A stretch of DNA of 64,000 nt from Patescibacteria group bacterium (GCA_028868715.1 JAGWUB010000002.1:8430-72429), one strand, 5' to 3'; positions 53,680 through 63,765 are shown, counted from the stretch's first letter. Notes: generated from the letters alone by a model not told the origin. Translations and numbers: made by a program.

Positions 53680-56175
53680 TTAGGTCTTTGGGGTGTCTGG
53701 ATGCTTACTGAAAGGAATTAGATTTGTAGGGATAGGTATATTAAGAGAAGGACACATAATGTTGTTTATCTCAGTTGTCGTAGTTAGATAAACTATACCT
53801 GTTGGTATCTTAAGATTCCAAGGAGTAAGAATTTTATCTTTATGCGCTAATTGAAATGCTTTTACATTTTTATCTGTCTGAGCTCCAAAAACTCCATCTT
53901 CTTTGATTCCAGCCTTCAAGAAATCATTCAAGAATTTTTGAACTTTTTTAACCGCAGCAACATTATTATTCTTTTTACCCATCTTTAGATACTTGTCTAA
54001 GTAAATTCCGCAAGAAGTTTCTGCGCCGAGAACTTTACCATCTGTAGAAGCTCCGAGAACTCTACCACCTCCGATGTATCCCCCGCCAAAAGAAGTTCCA
54101 CCAGTATTATCTACGCAGTTGCCACTATTATCTATATGTTTACCAGCTGGAACAGTTGTTTGAGTTCCATCAATATTTGGGCAGACGTCAGGTTGAGTAA
54201 CAGTAATAGATGCATTAGCGGAATTATTCTCTCCATTTGGATCGCGAGTAGAACTGGAAGTGTTTGCTGTGTTTAAAATAACTTGTTCATTTGTAGCACT
54301 GTTTGAAACAGTAGCGGTGATATGAAGTGTTGCACTGCTATCATTTGCTAAGGTGCCAACTGTCCAAACTCCTGTTCCAGAAACGTAAGCTCCAGCACCG
54401 TCATCAGAAACATATGTGACTCCAGCTGGAAGTACATCGTTTACTACCACACTGTTTGCGCTATCAGGACCAGCGTTGTGGACTGTTATCGTGTATACAA
54501 CATTGCTTCCAATGTTTGGAGTCTGATTATCTACTGACTTGGCAATAGAAAGATCTGAACTTGTTCTTACTTCATCAGCAGCAAAACTTGCACTTACTGA
54601 AAGGTTTGCTGTTATATTTGTGTCAGTTCGTGGATTGGTTGTTGAAGTGTCGCTCCAATCTACAAAGTGGTAGCCAAGATTTGGAACTGCTGTGACCGCT
54701 GTGCCGTTTGCACCATAGTTAACTGTTTGTGGTGTAGTGCCAGTGATACTTCCATTAGCATTTGCAGTGTAAGTAAGAGTGAAAGTATCAATAGTAAAGT
54801 TTGCGATACAGGTTGTATCAGCTGTCAAAGTAACTGAACCATCTGTACAATCAGCATCTCCTCCCCAGCCGGTAAAGGTTGATCCCGTACTTGGAGTAGC
54901 ACTAATTGGTACTACTGTTCCCGTGTCGTATGTTCCGCTACCTGAAGTTGTTCCATCTCCAGTTCCAGCCTTATTGATTGTAAGAGTAAATCTGTCAGGA
55001 GCATTAGCAGCAAAGGTCGCAGAAATAGTGTGATTTGCTGTTATGTTTGAAAAGGTATAAGTCGTGACAACTCCTACAGATGAACTATCTACCAAAACAT
55101 CAGCGACGTGAAAACCACTATCAGGAGTTATTGTGTAAACTTGAGATGAACCATAATCTTTCGTTGTTACGCCTGTAGGGGTAACTGTACCATTTGCACC
55201 AGATGATGCGGTGATGGTGAAAGTGTCAATTGCAAAGTTTGCAGTTACACTAATATTTCCTTGAACATTTGAGTCAGTCCGTGGATTAGTTGTTGAAGCA
55301 TCGCTCCAATCTACAAAGTGGTAGCCAAGATTTGGAACCGCTGTGACCGTTGTGCCGTTTGCACCTTGGTTGACAGTCTGTGGCGAGGTACCAGTAATTG
55401 TACCGTTTGCACCAGCTGTGTAAGTCAAAGTGAATTGAGTTATAGGAATAAATGTATTTGTAATTGTACATGTGTATACATGCCCAGCAACGATGGTAAT
55501 ACTTCCATTTGCACAATCAGTGCTGTAGCTTGGAGTATAGCCTGAAGAATTAGATTCAGTTATAGAGTAAGGTCCGGCTACAATATCAGTAGGAGTATCT
55601 AAAGTAACTACAGTATTACCAACTTTAAATGGAGCAAAAGCACTTCCTAGAGCATTACTTCCAGAAACTACTTTGTGAATTACAACTGTACCGTTATTGG
55701 AAGGAGGCACATGTACACAAGTGGCAATAGTTGCGCTTGTATCACCTTGGTTGTCTTTGCCTGGAGGAGTGCTGTGGTAAAGCTTGGCTATAATAGAGAA
55801 ATTACCTGTGGTTGTATAAGTATGCGTACCTGTGAAAGTAAACGTGAAAGGTACATGACCAGAGTTTGGAGTGAAGGTTCCTAACCCATCTGTTACAGTT
55901 GTATCTCCCCAGTCAATCTCTACAGCATATTGACTAGCATCCCCAGGAGGAGCAATACCTGCCCCATTTCCAGAAACAGTTACAGGATTGAAAAGAGGAT
56001 TAGTTGCACAGTTGTTAAAATTAAATGGAGGAGTATGATTTCCACTTATTGGGTCTGAAATACTTGTAATCGCAATCGTTGGACTAGTAGCCGCTAAAAC
56101 TCTAAATACTCCGACCATGCCAAGGATCATTGCGAGCATGATAACTGGAGACAAAAACTTTAATAATTTTTTCAT
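53680..56175 (-). CDS. Large secreted cell-surface protein (831 aa) with Listeria-Bacteroides repeats (InlB B-repeat type), a DUF11 repeat and a C-terminal PG_binding_1-like domain
   Basis: Signal peptide. Repeated [38 protein letters not shown] units (FVDWSD is the List_Bact_rpt hallmark). DUF11-like segment ([49 protein letters not shown]…). C-terminal …[31 protein letters not shown] (LxxxG-x-DG-x-FG-xxT-xxAV-xxFQ). Internal DNA repeats of ~165 bp (54620-54785 and 55283-55447, about 90% identical). Confidence 0.75.
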   Translation of the reverse strand: MKKLLKFLSPVIMLAMILGMVGVFRVLAATSPTIAITSISDPISGNHTPPFNFNNCATNPLFNPVTVSGNGAGIAPPGDASQYAVEIDWGDTTVTDGLGTFTPNSGHVPFTFTFTGTHTYTTTGNFSIIAKLYHSTPPGKDNQGDTSATIATCVHVPPSNNGTVVIHKVVSGSNALGSAFAPFKVGNTVVTLDTPTDIVAGPYSITESNSSGYTPSYSTDCANGSITIVAGHVYTCTITNTFIPITQFTLTYTAGANGTITGTSPQTVNQGANGTTVTAVPNLGYHFVDWSDASTTNPRTDSNVQGNISVTANFAIDTFTITASSGANGTVTPTGVTTKDYGSSQVYTITPDSGFHVADVLVDSSSVGVVTTYTFSNITANHTISATFAANAPDRFTLTINKAGTGDGTTSGSGTYDTGTVVPISATPSTGSTFTGWGGDADCTDGSVTLTADTTCIANFTIDTFTLTYTANANGSITGTTPQTVNYGANGTAVTAVPNLGYHFVDWSDTSTTNPRTDTNITANLSVSASFAADEVRTSSDLSIAKSVDNQTPNIGSNVVYTITVHNAGPDSANSVVVNDVLPAGVTYVSDDGAGAYVSGTGVWTVGTLANDSSATLHITATVSNSATNEQVILNTANTSSSTRDPNGENNSANASITVTQPDVCPNIDGTQTTVPAGKHIDNSGNCVDNTGGTSFGGGYIGGGRVLGASTDGKVLGAETSCGIYLDKYLKMGKKNNNVAAVKKVQKFLNDFLKAGIKEDGVFGAQTDKNVKAFQLAHKDKILTPWNLKIPTGIVYLTTTTEINNIMCPSLNIPIPTNLIPFSKHPDTPKT

Positions 56176-56426
56176 AATGTTTGGTAAAATTAATTTTTTA
56201 CCTAATTAAATATAATAATAATAACGACTTTTCTTAATAATTTATTAACCAAAATACTATAAATTTAAAACCCAGTCTAACACACCATAAAGAGAGCTGT
56301 CAAATAATTGGGGGATATCCTGTGGATATGAAAATCTATAAAAAAGCACATTAAAATAACCTCACAGACTATGACGCTAGGGTATGTGAATATTTACAAC
56401 TTATTAATAATGTTTAGAAATATGTA

Positions 56427-57650
56427 CTAGAAAGCATTAGTGCCGAGGGGGCTACCCAAGCCAGTCGGACCGTCATACCCTGCCACAGCGGTACAGAGTA
56501 AATTTCCGCAAGATCCATTGCTTCCAGAGATGATGTCATGCAAATTATTTAAAACATTTGCATAAGGGAAACCATTGTTGATTGTGCTAGTGTTGCCAGC
56601 CAAAGCATAAGTCGCAGCGATGATCGGTGAAGCTAGGCTCGTGCCACCCACTTTAAACCAACCAGACCTTCCCTGATAGCGGACACTATCATAAACTGCA
56701 GCTCCAGAATTTGGATCAGCGTCGGCCGAAACATCAGCGACTGCGCGATTGCTACAGATAGATGGATTTAGAAAATTCTGGAAACTTGGTTGAGTTTCAT
56801 ATGCCGAGCAACCACTTCCCGCTCCGCTCCAAGCAGTTTCACCTACATAATTGTTTCCATTCAAAGTCAAAGTCGTACCACCCACTGCAGTGACATATTT
56901 GGAAGCTGCCGGATACTCTACTCCATAACCACTGTCTCCAGAACTAAAAGTTATTGCGATTCCGGGCTTGTTGAAATGGCCGTCATAAGTAGTTGTCGTT
57001 TCACTAGAAAACTCTCCCCCACCCCAAGAATTTGATATGACATTTGCACCCATCGTTTGAGCCCTATCTTCTGCAGCGATTAAATTAGCAAAACTATTTG
57101 AGTCTGCTTCCACTAAAAGTATACTGCAGTTTTGGCAAAGAGCGTGAGCTGTCTCTACATCTAATGCAATTTCCAAAGACCAGCCGGCATTTGTAGATGG
57201 ATAACTTGTATCCCCTCTCTGGCTGACTTTTTGGAAGCATGGAGTCGCACTTGAAACTGCGCAATTGTTCATTGATGGTAAACCAAACTTTGAGCTGTAA
57301 GTATTTAAGTCAGATAAAATATTTGGATCGTTATAAGCATCTACGATTGCGATGATTTGTTTAGTGTTTGCGGTGCCACTCAAATTGTATGCACCACGGA
57401 GTTGCGCAGGGCCAAAACCCGCAGGTAGAGATGTAGCCTTTGGTTGACCATTTGCATCTACTACCACTCGTGAATGGCATCTAGCGCTTACGCCACTCTC
57501 ACCAGGGCTACATACTGGAATATGGTTGACTGCCACAGCAGACATATGATTTTGGGCTGCCTCTGGAAGCGAATTTAATCCACCGGCCATTGCTGGACTG
57601 GTTAATAATATTAAAGATAATACAAGAATAGAAATAAATTTTTTTATCAT
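56427..57650 (-). CDS. Secreted serine-carboxyl peptidase (S53 sedolisin-like; S8/S53 superfamily), apparently without a long pro-domain
   Basis: Signal peptide. IAIVDAYNDPN…DLNTYSSKFGLP, SLEIALDVE, SNSWGG, SSGDSG and the catalytic-serine motif GGTSLASPIIAATYALAG. Confidence 0.6.
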   Translation of the reverse strand: MIKKFISILVLSLILLTSPAMAGGLNSLPEAAQNHMSAVAVNHIPVCSPGESGVSARCHSRVVVDANGQPKATSLPAGFGPAQLRGAYNLSGTANTKQIIAIVDAYNDPNILSDLNTYSSKFGLPSMNNCAVSSATPCFQKVSQRGDTSYPSTNAGWSLEIALDVETAHALCQNCSILLVEADSNSFANLIAAEDRAQTMGANVISNSWGGGEFSSETTTTYDGHFNKPGIAITFSSGDSGYGVEYPAASKYVTAVGGTTLTLNGNNYVGETAWSGAGSGCSAYETQPSFQNFLNPSICSNRAVADVSADADPNSGAAVYDSVRYQGRSGWFKVGGTSLASPIIAATYALAGNTSTINNGFPYANVLNNLHDIISGSNGSCGNLLCTAVAGYDGPTGLGSPLGTNAF

Positions 57651-57726
57651 AAATTTTTATTAGACTGATAATTAGATATTTATTATAAAACAATCAACAG
57701 GGCGCGCAAACAAGTTATCCACATAC

Positions 57727-57756
57727 AAAAAACCACCCAAAATGGGTGGTTTTTTG
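57727..57756. terminator. Bidirectional rho-independent terminator (aaaaaccaccc-aaaat-gggtggttttt)
   Basis: Perfect 11-bp stem including A/T runs, 3' of the 57779..58921 gene. Confidence 0.55.
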
Positions 57757-57778
57757 AAATAAAGTTATAAAGCTTTAT

Positions 57779-58921
57779 TTAGTCATTTTCTCTTTCTCTT
57801 GTATTTATTCCAAGATTAACTCTGCCAGTTTGAAGATTTAAACTTTGGTTTCCCTTTAGAGAATTGCCATCATTTTCATTTTCATCAGCATCATTGTCAT
57901 CGTGTCCATGTTTTGCAACAGAGCTGACACATTGACCTTGGTTTCGGAAGGTTGGATTAGTAAAAGTCATCCAGCCACCTTTTTTACAATCATCTTTGCT
58001 TTGAGGACCAGTTATTAATACTGGATTTACAATAAAGGATGCAGAGATAGTGTGGTTGGCAGTAACATTACTAAAAGTATATGTTGAAACTGCACCTACT
58101 GAAACACTATCAACGAGAACATCCGCTACCCTAAAACCACTGTTTGCAGTTATGGTGAATATTTGGTTTGATCCACTGTTTATTACGACTGCACCTGTAG
58201 GTGATATTGTACCATCGGCACCAGCTGAAGCTGTGATAGTAAATGTATTAACCACTGGGTTTGCTGCGAAGGATGCTGCGATTGTGTGGTTGGCAATAAC
58301 ATTCGTAAATGTGTATGTGCTAACTGCTCCAACCGAAGTACCATCTACTAAAACATCAGCGACATGAAAGCCACTAACCGCGGCGATCGCAAATGTTTGG
58401 TTTTGCCCATCAGTAACTAATACTGAACCGCTTGGTGTGATAGAGCCATTAGCTCCAGCGGTAGCGGTGATTGTACGCAATGCAATAGCTGCACCACTTA
58501 CTGTGGTAAGGGCACCAGTTCGTGCACCACCTTTATAATTGTCAGACCATGTTCCAGTTATTTTTCCGTCAGTTCCAATTGTACCAGTTACATGAAGGAC
58601 TGTCTGTGGAGTGACCGCATCTGCCGTAGCTGTGTAGTTTGCAAGAAAATCAATTGAGTTTCCTGAAACAGTACCCGATGTGATGACCCATGTATAAACG
58701 TTTGTTCCTGCTGGACTTCCTCCATGACCAGTAAGGTTTCCGGAGCTATCCTGCACTAGAGACAAATCATGAGAATATTGAGTACCTAAGTATTCCATAT
58801 TCACTACATAGTTCCCCGTCGCGTTATATGCTGGAGCTGTAGCTTGAGCTCTTAGCGCGAAAGATGTGACCAATAATGCTAATACGACAAATATACCTCC
58901 AAATATTTTTATTTTTTTCAT
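57779..58921 (-). CDS. Secreted protein: novel N-terminal domain shared with the 61321..62232 protein, two Listeria-Bacteroides repeats, and an acidic Asp/Asn-rich C-terminal tail
   Basis: Signal peptide MKKIKIFGGIFVVLALLVTSFALRAQA. The N-domain has TGNYVV…LGTQYSHDL…G.LTG.GG.P.G…SG.VSGNSI.F…YT. There are two ~75-aa repeats ([32 protein letters not shown]). Confidence 0.7.
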   Translation of the reverse strand: MKKIKIFGGIFVVLALLVTSFALRAQATAPAYNATGNYVVNMEYLGTQYSHDLSLVQDSSGNLTGHGGSPAGTNVYTWVITSGTVSGNSIDFLANYTATADAVTPQTVLHVTGTIGTDGKITGTWSDNYKGGARTGALTTVSGAAIALRTITATAGANGSITPSGSVLVTDGQNQTFAIAAVSGFHVADVLVDGTSVGAVSTYTFTNVIANHTIAASFAANPVVNTFTITASAGADGTISPTGAVVINSGSNQIFTITANSGFRVADVLVDSVSVGAVSTYTFSNVTANHTISASFIVNPVLITGPQSKDDCKKGGWMTFTNPTFRNQGQCVSSVAKHGHDDNDADENENDGNSLKGNQSLNLQTGRVNLGINTREREND

Positions 58922-59133
58922 AAGATTTAATTAATTAGTAATAATTATTTGATAATAGATTGCAAGTTCACAAAATCGACTCAGGTGAACCTGCAAATAT
59001 ATATACGTATCATCATAGTAAAATCTTTCGTGACTAAATTTTATGAGTGCTTAGAAAATTTTTGTCAAACGAAAAACAGGATCCACTTTTAAAAGTGAAC
59101 CCTGTCTGTTGTTACTATCTTGAAACACGTGAA

Positions 59134-59718
59134 CTAATTCCTCAGCCTAGCCGGATTGCCGAGCTTGTTTTTGTCGATATATTTAAATTCACCAAAGGGG
59201 TCATTTTTAACCTCTTTAGTGATTGCATATAAACTCCATAAGCAAGTTGGAGTACCCGCCTTGCATGCAGTGCCACCGTCGTAGACGATCTTGACGAAGT
59301 ATCTATAGCGATGAGATTTGCCGTCCGAGCCGACATACTCACCCTCAACTTGGTTTGTAAGCCAGCCTTTAGACATATCGGTAAGACCACCATCGCCACC
59401 GCGATCGAGGCGGTAGTCATGGTTGCAGTCTCTCTTACTCAACCAACTGTCGCTCCATCTCATAATTAACTTAATGCTAGCGAAGTCAGTACCCCCACGA
59501 TAAAGGTTGTCACTTATTCTGTCCGAGGTGTCAAATGTTCCCTTGAAGATATGTGACTGGTAGTTGTACCCGAACTGGTCGAAGCCCAAAATGACCTTGT
59601 TTCGAACAGCGTCAATTATGACGCCGTCTTTGATCTTTATGCAGTCTGCCTGAGCCCAGATTGAAGTTGTAAAAAGAACCAAGAGTGCTATTGCACTCAA
59701 AATAATTTTCCCTCTCAT
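59134..59718 (-). CDS. Secreted hypothetical protein (Cys-containing, 194 aa from the MRGK start), locally GC-rich
   Basis: AGGAGA SD precedes the ATG at 59718. Signal peptide MRGKIILSAIALLVLFTTSIWAQA. The leader and signal peptide are near-identical at DNA level to those of the next gene. Confidence 0.5.
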   Translation of the reverse strand: MRGKIILSAIALLVLFTTSIWAQADCIKIKDGVIIDAVRNKVILGFDQFGYNYQSHIFKGTFDTSDRISDNLYRGGTDFASIKLIMRWSDSWLSKRDCNHDYRLDRGGDGGLTDMSKGWLTNQVEGEYVGSDGKSHRYRYFVKIVYDGGTACKAGTPTCLWSLYAITKEVKNDPFGEFKYIDKNKLGNPARLRN

Positions 59719-59867
59719 TTTAATTCTCCTGGAATTTATTTCAAAAAATACAACCAAAATGGTTGTGTATCCATAAAAATTATACCAAGATTACGTTCTT
59801 CTGTCAATTACAACAAAAAAGCGGACCTCTGTTTAAAGAAGCCCGCGAATGATGTGAAAAAAACGAT

Positions 59868-60905
59868 TTAATTGTTTGCATGAACCTTCGGCCGGTTCGT
59901 GAATGATGTATCAGCGTCAATCGCAGCACCCGAAGGGTTAGATATGGTTTTACACCCAACACCATAGCCAAGACCCGAAATGGCATTGTTGATCATCTTG
60001 TCGTTGTTGCCAACGTCGGAGATGCCAGCCTGGTACGATGAGTTGAAGCATAGGTCGCTGGAGATCGTGTTGTTCACCGCTTTGATATTGGTCGCAGTAT
60101 TTGGAGCTGAATAATCAGCAGCAAGGTTGGTGAGATAAACGCCAACATCATTGTTGACGAGTACATTATCTGTCACCTTGGTATTGACTGTATACGGACA
60201 ATCATTACCATCCGGACACTGACCATACCCAGCACCACCAACCACAATGATTCCACCCGAGGCCGAACCATCGCCTGGAAATCCAATGTAAGAATTTCCC
60301 GAAACCCGATTTTTCATTACTGAAGCACTTGCGCCGTAACCTATCTGTATACCGTTCATGGCAATGAAGTAAACATGTCCGTCGCCGGTAACAGTATTGC
60401 CTTGGATCGTAGCCTGTACTCCAGTACCATTTGTGACTATGCCACTTTTTTGGTAACCAGTTACGGTGTTACCGGCAATTTTACCAGTCACCCCACCACC
60501 AGCGAAAAATCCACGCCAATAGATACCTACGCCATGTTGAGTACCATCGTGCGGTGACTCTCCGATATCGTGAATATTGCTATTCAAAATATCCAGCGTG
60601 ATGTCGCCAGCGTCGCCGTTAGCGACGACACCGAAGTAGTTGGCACCGTAGATCTCAGCACCCTTGATAACTCCGCTTGATCCTGGGCCGTAGTAGACGC
60701 CGATGTTGCAAGTAGTAGCATCCACCGGACCGGTGACCAACGTTGGGTTAATGAGGACCGCCGTCATGTTTATACCGTCGCGAAGGAATCCTGTTGGGCT
60801 ACATTTTGGTTGAGGAGGCAGCGTTGTTTGCGCCGACACTGTCATTGCAAAAGTTGTAAAAAGAACTAAGAGTGCTATTGCACCCAAAACAATTTTAATC
60901 TTCAT
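59868..60905 (-). CDS. Secreted right-handed parallel beta-helix (PbH1) repeat protein (pectate-lyase-fold; adhesin or glycan-degrading enzyme candidate), locally GC-rich
   Basis: GGAG SD upstream of the ATG at 60905 (the track ORF extends to 61028). Signal peptide MKIKIVLGAIALLVLFTTFAMTVSAQT. PbH1-like turns (GNTVTGY, IQGNTVTGD, NRVSGNSY, VTDNVLVNNDVGVYL, AVNNTISS, MINNAISG). Confidence 0.6.
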   Translation of the reverse strand: MKIKIVLGAIALLVLFTTFAMTVSAQTTLPPQPKCSPTGFLRDGINMTAVLINPTLVTGPVDATTCNIGVYYGPGSSGVIKGAEIYGANYFGVVANGDAGDITLDILNSNIHDIGESPHDGTQHGVGIYWRGFFAGGGVTGKIAGNTVTGYQKSGIVTNGTGVQATIQGNTVTGDGHVYFIAMNGIQIGYGASASVMKNRVSGNSYIGFPGDGSASGGIIVVGGAGYGQCPDGNDCPYTVNTKVTDNVLVNNDVGVYLTNLAADYSAPNTATNIKAVNNTISSDLCFNSSYQAGISDVGNNDKMINNAISGLGYGVGCKTISNPSGAAIDADTSFTNRPKVHANN

Positions 60906-61014
60906 CTCTAGTCTCCTGTTGAAGTTATTGAATTGATTTGAAAAAACACAGCCTGAATTGGCTGTGAATCCGAGAAATAATATACCAAAATTATGTTTGG
61001 TTGTCAACAGGGTA

Positions 61015-61050
61015 AAACAAAAAACCACCTATTTATAGGCGGTTTTTTGT
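61015..61050 (-). terminator. Rho-independent terminator for the 61063..61245 gene (aaaaccacc-tatttata-ggcggtttt)
   Basis: Hairpin followed by a T-run on the minus strand, immediately 3' of the small gene. Confidence 0.45.
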
Positions 61051-61062
61051 TATGAAGAATTA

Positions 61063-61245
61063 TTATTCGTTTGTGAGCGAGTTCTTAATTTCTTCACGCA
61101 ACTCTGGGGTGTCAGTATGGCCATGATCATTGATGACGTGATGCATCACCAATGGCATTACTTCTGCCTCTGTCCCCGATATCACTACCGAGCAATTTTT
61201 CTCACTCGGCATTTTTCTACAATCCGATACTTTTCTTTGTTCCAT
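61063..61245 (-). CDS. DUF1059-like small metal-binding protein (60 aa)
   Basis: The C-x(6)-C…EAEVMPLVMHHVINDHGH pattern resembles DUF1059 (C…C…TEEEL…H…HG). Recognised from motif memory; moderate at best. Confidence 0.4.
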   Translation of the reverse strand: MEQRKVSDCRKMPSEKNCSVVISGTEAEVMPLVMHHVINDHGHTDTPELREEIKNSLTNE

Positions 61246-61320
61246 AATTTTTATCGTTAATTAATAATTATTTACCTAACCAACCATGAGTATATACTGT
61301 TAACTATATTAATTTATAAT

Positions 61321-62232
61321 TTAGTTGGCAATATCTCCCTCAAACACATCATTAGTTCCATCACTATTTGATTTATCTTGCCAATGGCGATATGTTAAAG
61401 TTTTATTAGAACTATTGTACTCAAAGTTCCAACTAGAATTATTTTCAGTTATTGGAGCTCCAAAAACTGAATGAATGAAGCTACTTCTACTTTTACATGC
61501 ATCTGAGGAAGTAGTGCAAACACTTGGATCAAAAGAAGTGGCAGTAACTGTTTCAGATACAAATCCCTGGAATTTACCTTTTATACCTCCAGTTATTGAC
61601 GTACCATGATGATTGCTTTGTGAACATTTACCAGGGCTTTCTCCATCAATAGTGATAAAGGTGCCGTCCTTATAGGCAGTTCTTACTAAATACGTACCAT
61701 CTCCATTTGCTGTTACTGTAAAAAATAAATTATAAGTATCATTTGCCCACTCAGGACCGCAAGATGAACCATCAGGAGATCCTGAGCTTATTGGTCCAAT
61801 ATGATTTACATATGTAATTGACTTTGCTAGGCCAGAAGTTGTATGCCATTCCCAGGGGAATGTGCCACTTATTGTGCCATCAGAAGCAATCGTTCCTGTA
61901 ATATTCCAAGTTGAACCAACAGCATATGGTCCTGTGTATGTTAAAGTAAATGATATTGTGTTTCCAGAAACAATACCATTTGTAATTAACTCAGCAGTTT
62001 GACCAGCTAATGCATATGGTGAATCACCGGATGGATATCCTCCAGTCCCTGTGAATGTACCATCTGGATTCATCGTAAGCACCATATCGTGTGAGTAAGT
62101 TCCCAAAACTAACCAAGTATAAGTTCCTGTTACATCCCAATTAGGCAATGCTACTGCATGCGCTGGTGAGGCCATTAGAAATGGAGTCAACACAAACGCG
62201 ATGCTAAGAAAAACACTTAATATTTTTTTCAT
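61321..62232 (-). CDS. Secreted hypothetical protein sharing its N-terminal domain with the 57779..58921 protein
   Basis: Signal peptide MKKILSVFLSIAFVLTPFLMASPAHA. The N-domain …TGTYTWLVLGTYSHDMVLTMNPDGTFTGTGGYPSG…SGNTISFTLTYTGPY… parallels …TGNYVVNMEYLGTQYSHDLSLVQDSSGNLTGHGGSPAG…SGNSIDFLANYTATA…. Confidence 0.5.
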   Translation of the reverse strand: MKKILSVFLSIAFVLTPFLMASPAHAVALPNWDVTGTYTWLVLGTYSHDMVLTMNPDGTFTGTGGYPSGDSPYALAGQTAELITNGIVSGNTISFTLTYTGPYAVGSTWNITGTIASDGTISGTFPWEWHTTSGLAKSITYVNHIGPISSGSPDGSSCGPEWANDTYNLFFTVTANGDGTYLVRTAYKDGTFITIDGESPGKCSQSNHHGTSITGGIKGKFQGFVSETVTATSFDPSVCTTSSDACKSRSSFIHSVFGAPITENNSSWNFEYNSSNKTLTYRHWQDKSNSDGTNDVFEGDIAN

Positions 62233-62447
62233 ATATTTTATAAAAATTAAATTTAATAATTTATTAATAATAAGTCCAAATAATCGCCATACAGGACTAC
62301 TTATAAACTGTGCCGAAGCTAAGTGAATTATATTTCATTTTACAAATATTTATTAACTCAATTTTAATCAAACAAGTGGATATTTAAAACCAGTCCATAT
62401 CTAAAGACCATTTTTTATATTGTCAGAACGAACTTTTTGTAGTATAA

Positions 62448-63722
62448 TTGTTCTTAAACCATTTTGATTGTATGAAGGACATGATAATTAAAAAGAAATC
62501 AGATAAAGTCGAAGAAGAGCTTGCTCGCGGAGCGGAAATTTCTATTATTGCTCTCTTTGATCAGCTCATAGAAAAAGCTTACGCCAGTCGCGCTTCAGAC
62601 ATTCATATTGATCCCCTAGTAAAGTCCGTGCGAGTTCGTTTTCGTATCGACGGAGTTTTGCAAGATGCATACTCATTTCCAAAAGAAATAAATAACGAAA
62701 TAATTTCTCGTATTAAAATTTTATCCAGACTGCGAACTGATGAACATCAAGCCACCCAAGATGGCAGATTTCGCTATGTGCTCTACGAGGAAAATAACAA
62801 GCCAAATAAATTTATAGATTTTCGCGTTTCCATCGTACCTACTTATCATGGCGAAAATGCGGTACTGCGTTTACTTTCTGACAAAAATGAACAAGCTACC
62901 CTAGAAGACCTCGGCTTTAGCGAAAGCGATCAGAAAAAAATAGAGGAAGCAATGAAAAAGACAAATGGGATGATCCTCTCCACGGGTCCGACTGGCTCCG
63001 GTAAGACCACCACCATGTATACCCTGATCAAGATGCTCAATTCTTCTGATGTTTCCATCATTACCATTGAAGACCCGATAGAATACGCTGTGGACGACAT
63101 CGAACAAATCCAAGTCAACTCTCGCTTCGGGCTAACCTTTGCCAACGGCTTGCGCTCCATACTGCGTCAAGATCCAAACATTATTATGGTGGGTGAAATC
63201 CGCGACAAAGAAACAGCCAGCATCGCCGTAAACACTGCCCTGACTGGTCACCTACTACTTTCTACTCTTCACACTAATGATGCGGCCACTACCCTACCTC
63301 GCTTGCTAGACATGGGCATAGAGGAATATCTAGTGGCTTCTACTGTATCCGTAGCCATCGGTCAAAGGCTCGTGCGAAAAATTTGCAAAGACTGCAAAGA
63401 AAAAATCCCAATGACTCATGCCATGAAAGAAGCTTTGGCGCAGACTCCGTATGCCAGCCTTCTGGTAAATAGTGATTTTGTACATAAAGGTAAAGGTTGC
63501 GATGCATGTGATGGCAGTGGCTACCGAGGCAGAATTTGTATCAACGAAGTGCTCGTGGCCGACAGTGAAATCCGTGAAGCCATCTTACGCCGAGCCTCGG
63601 CAAATGAAATAAAAAAAATTGCGGTAAAAAACGGCATGACCACCATGTTTGAAGATGGCTTTCAAAAAGTGATAAAAGGATTAACTACTGTAGAAGAAGT
63701 TTTGCGTGTTATCCATGAGTAA
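62448..63722 (+). CDS. pilB: Type IV pilus / type II secretion assembly ATPase (PilB/GspE family), short form without the N1 domain
   Basis: Walker A LSTGPTGSGKTTT, Asp box ITIEDPIEY, His box, Walker B, and the C-terminal tetracysteine motif (CKDCKEK…CDACDGSGYRGR). Confidence 0.85.
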   Translation: MFLNHFDCMKDMIIKKKSDKVEEELARGAEISIIALFDQLIEKAYASRASDIHIDPLVKSVRVRFRIDGVLQDAYSFPKEINNEIISRIKILSRLRTDEHQATQDGRFRYVLYEENNKPNKFIDFRVSIVPTYHGENAVLRLLSDKNEQATLEDLGFSESDQKKIEEAMKKTNGMILSTGPTGSGKTTTMYTLIKMLNSSDVSIITIEDPIEYAVDDIEQIQVNSRFGLTFANGLRSILRQDPNIIMVGEIRDKETASIAVNTALTGHLLLSTLHTNDAATTLPRLLDMGIEEYLVASTVSVAIGQRLVRKICKDCKEKIPMTHAMKEALAQTPYASLLVNSDFVHKGKGCDACDGSGYRGRICINEVLVADSEIREAILRRASANEIKKIAVKNGMTTMFEDGFQKVIKGLTTVEEVLRVIHE

Positions 63723-63765
63723 CCCCGAGTAGTAGAATAAATTCACTACGGGGTAAATTTCTAAT

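Noticed and set aside
59047-59232. 61-aa plus-strand ORF between island genes
   Set aside because: It overlaps the 3' end of the 59134..59718 minus-strand gene, has no RBS and no conserved features.
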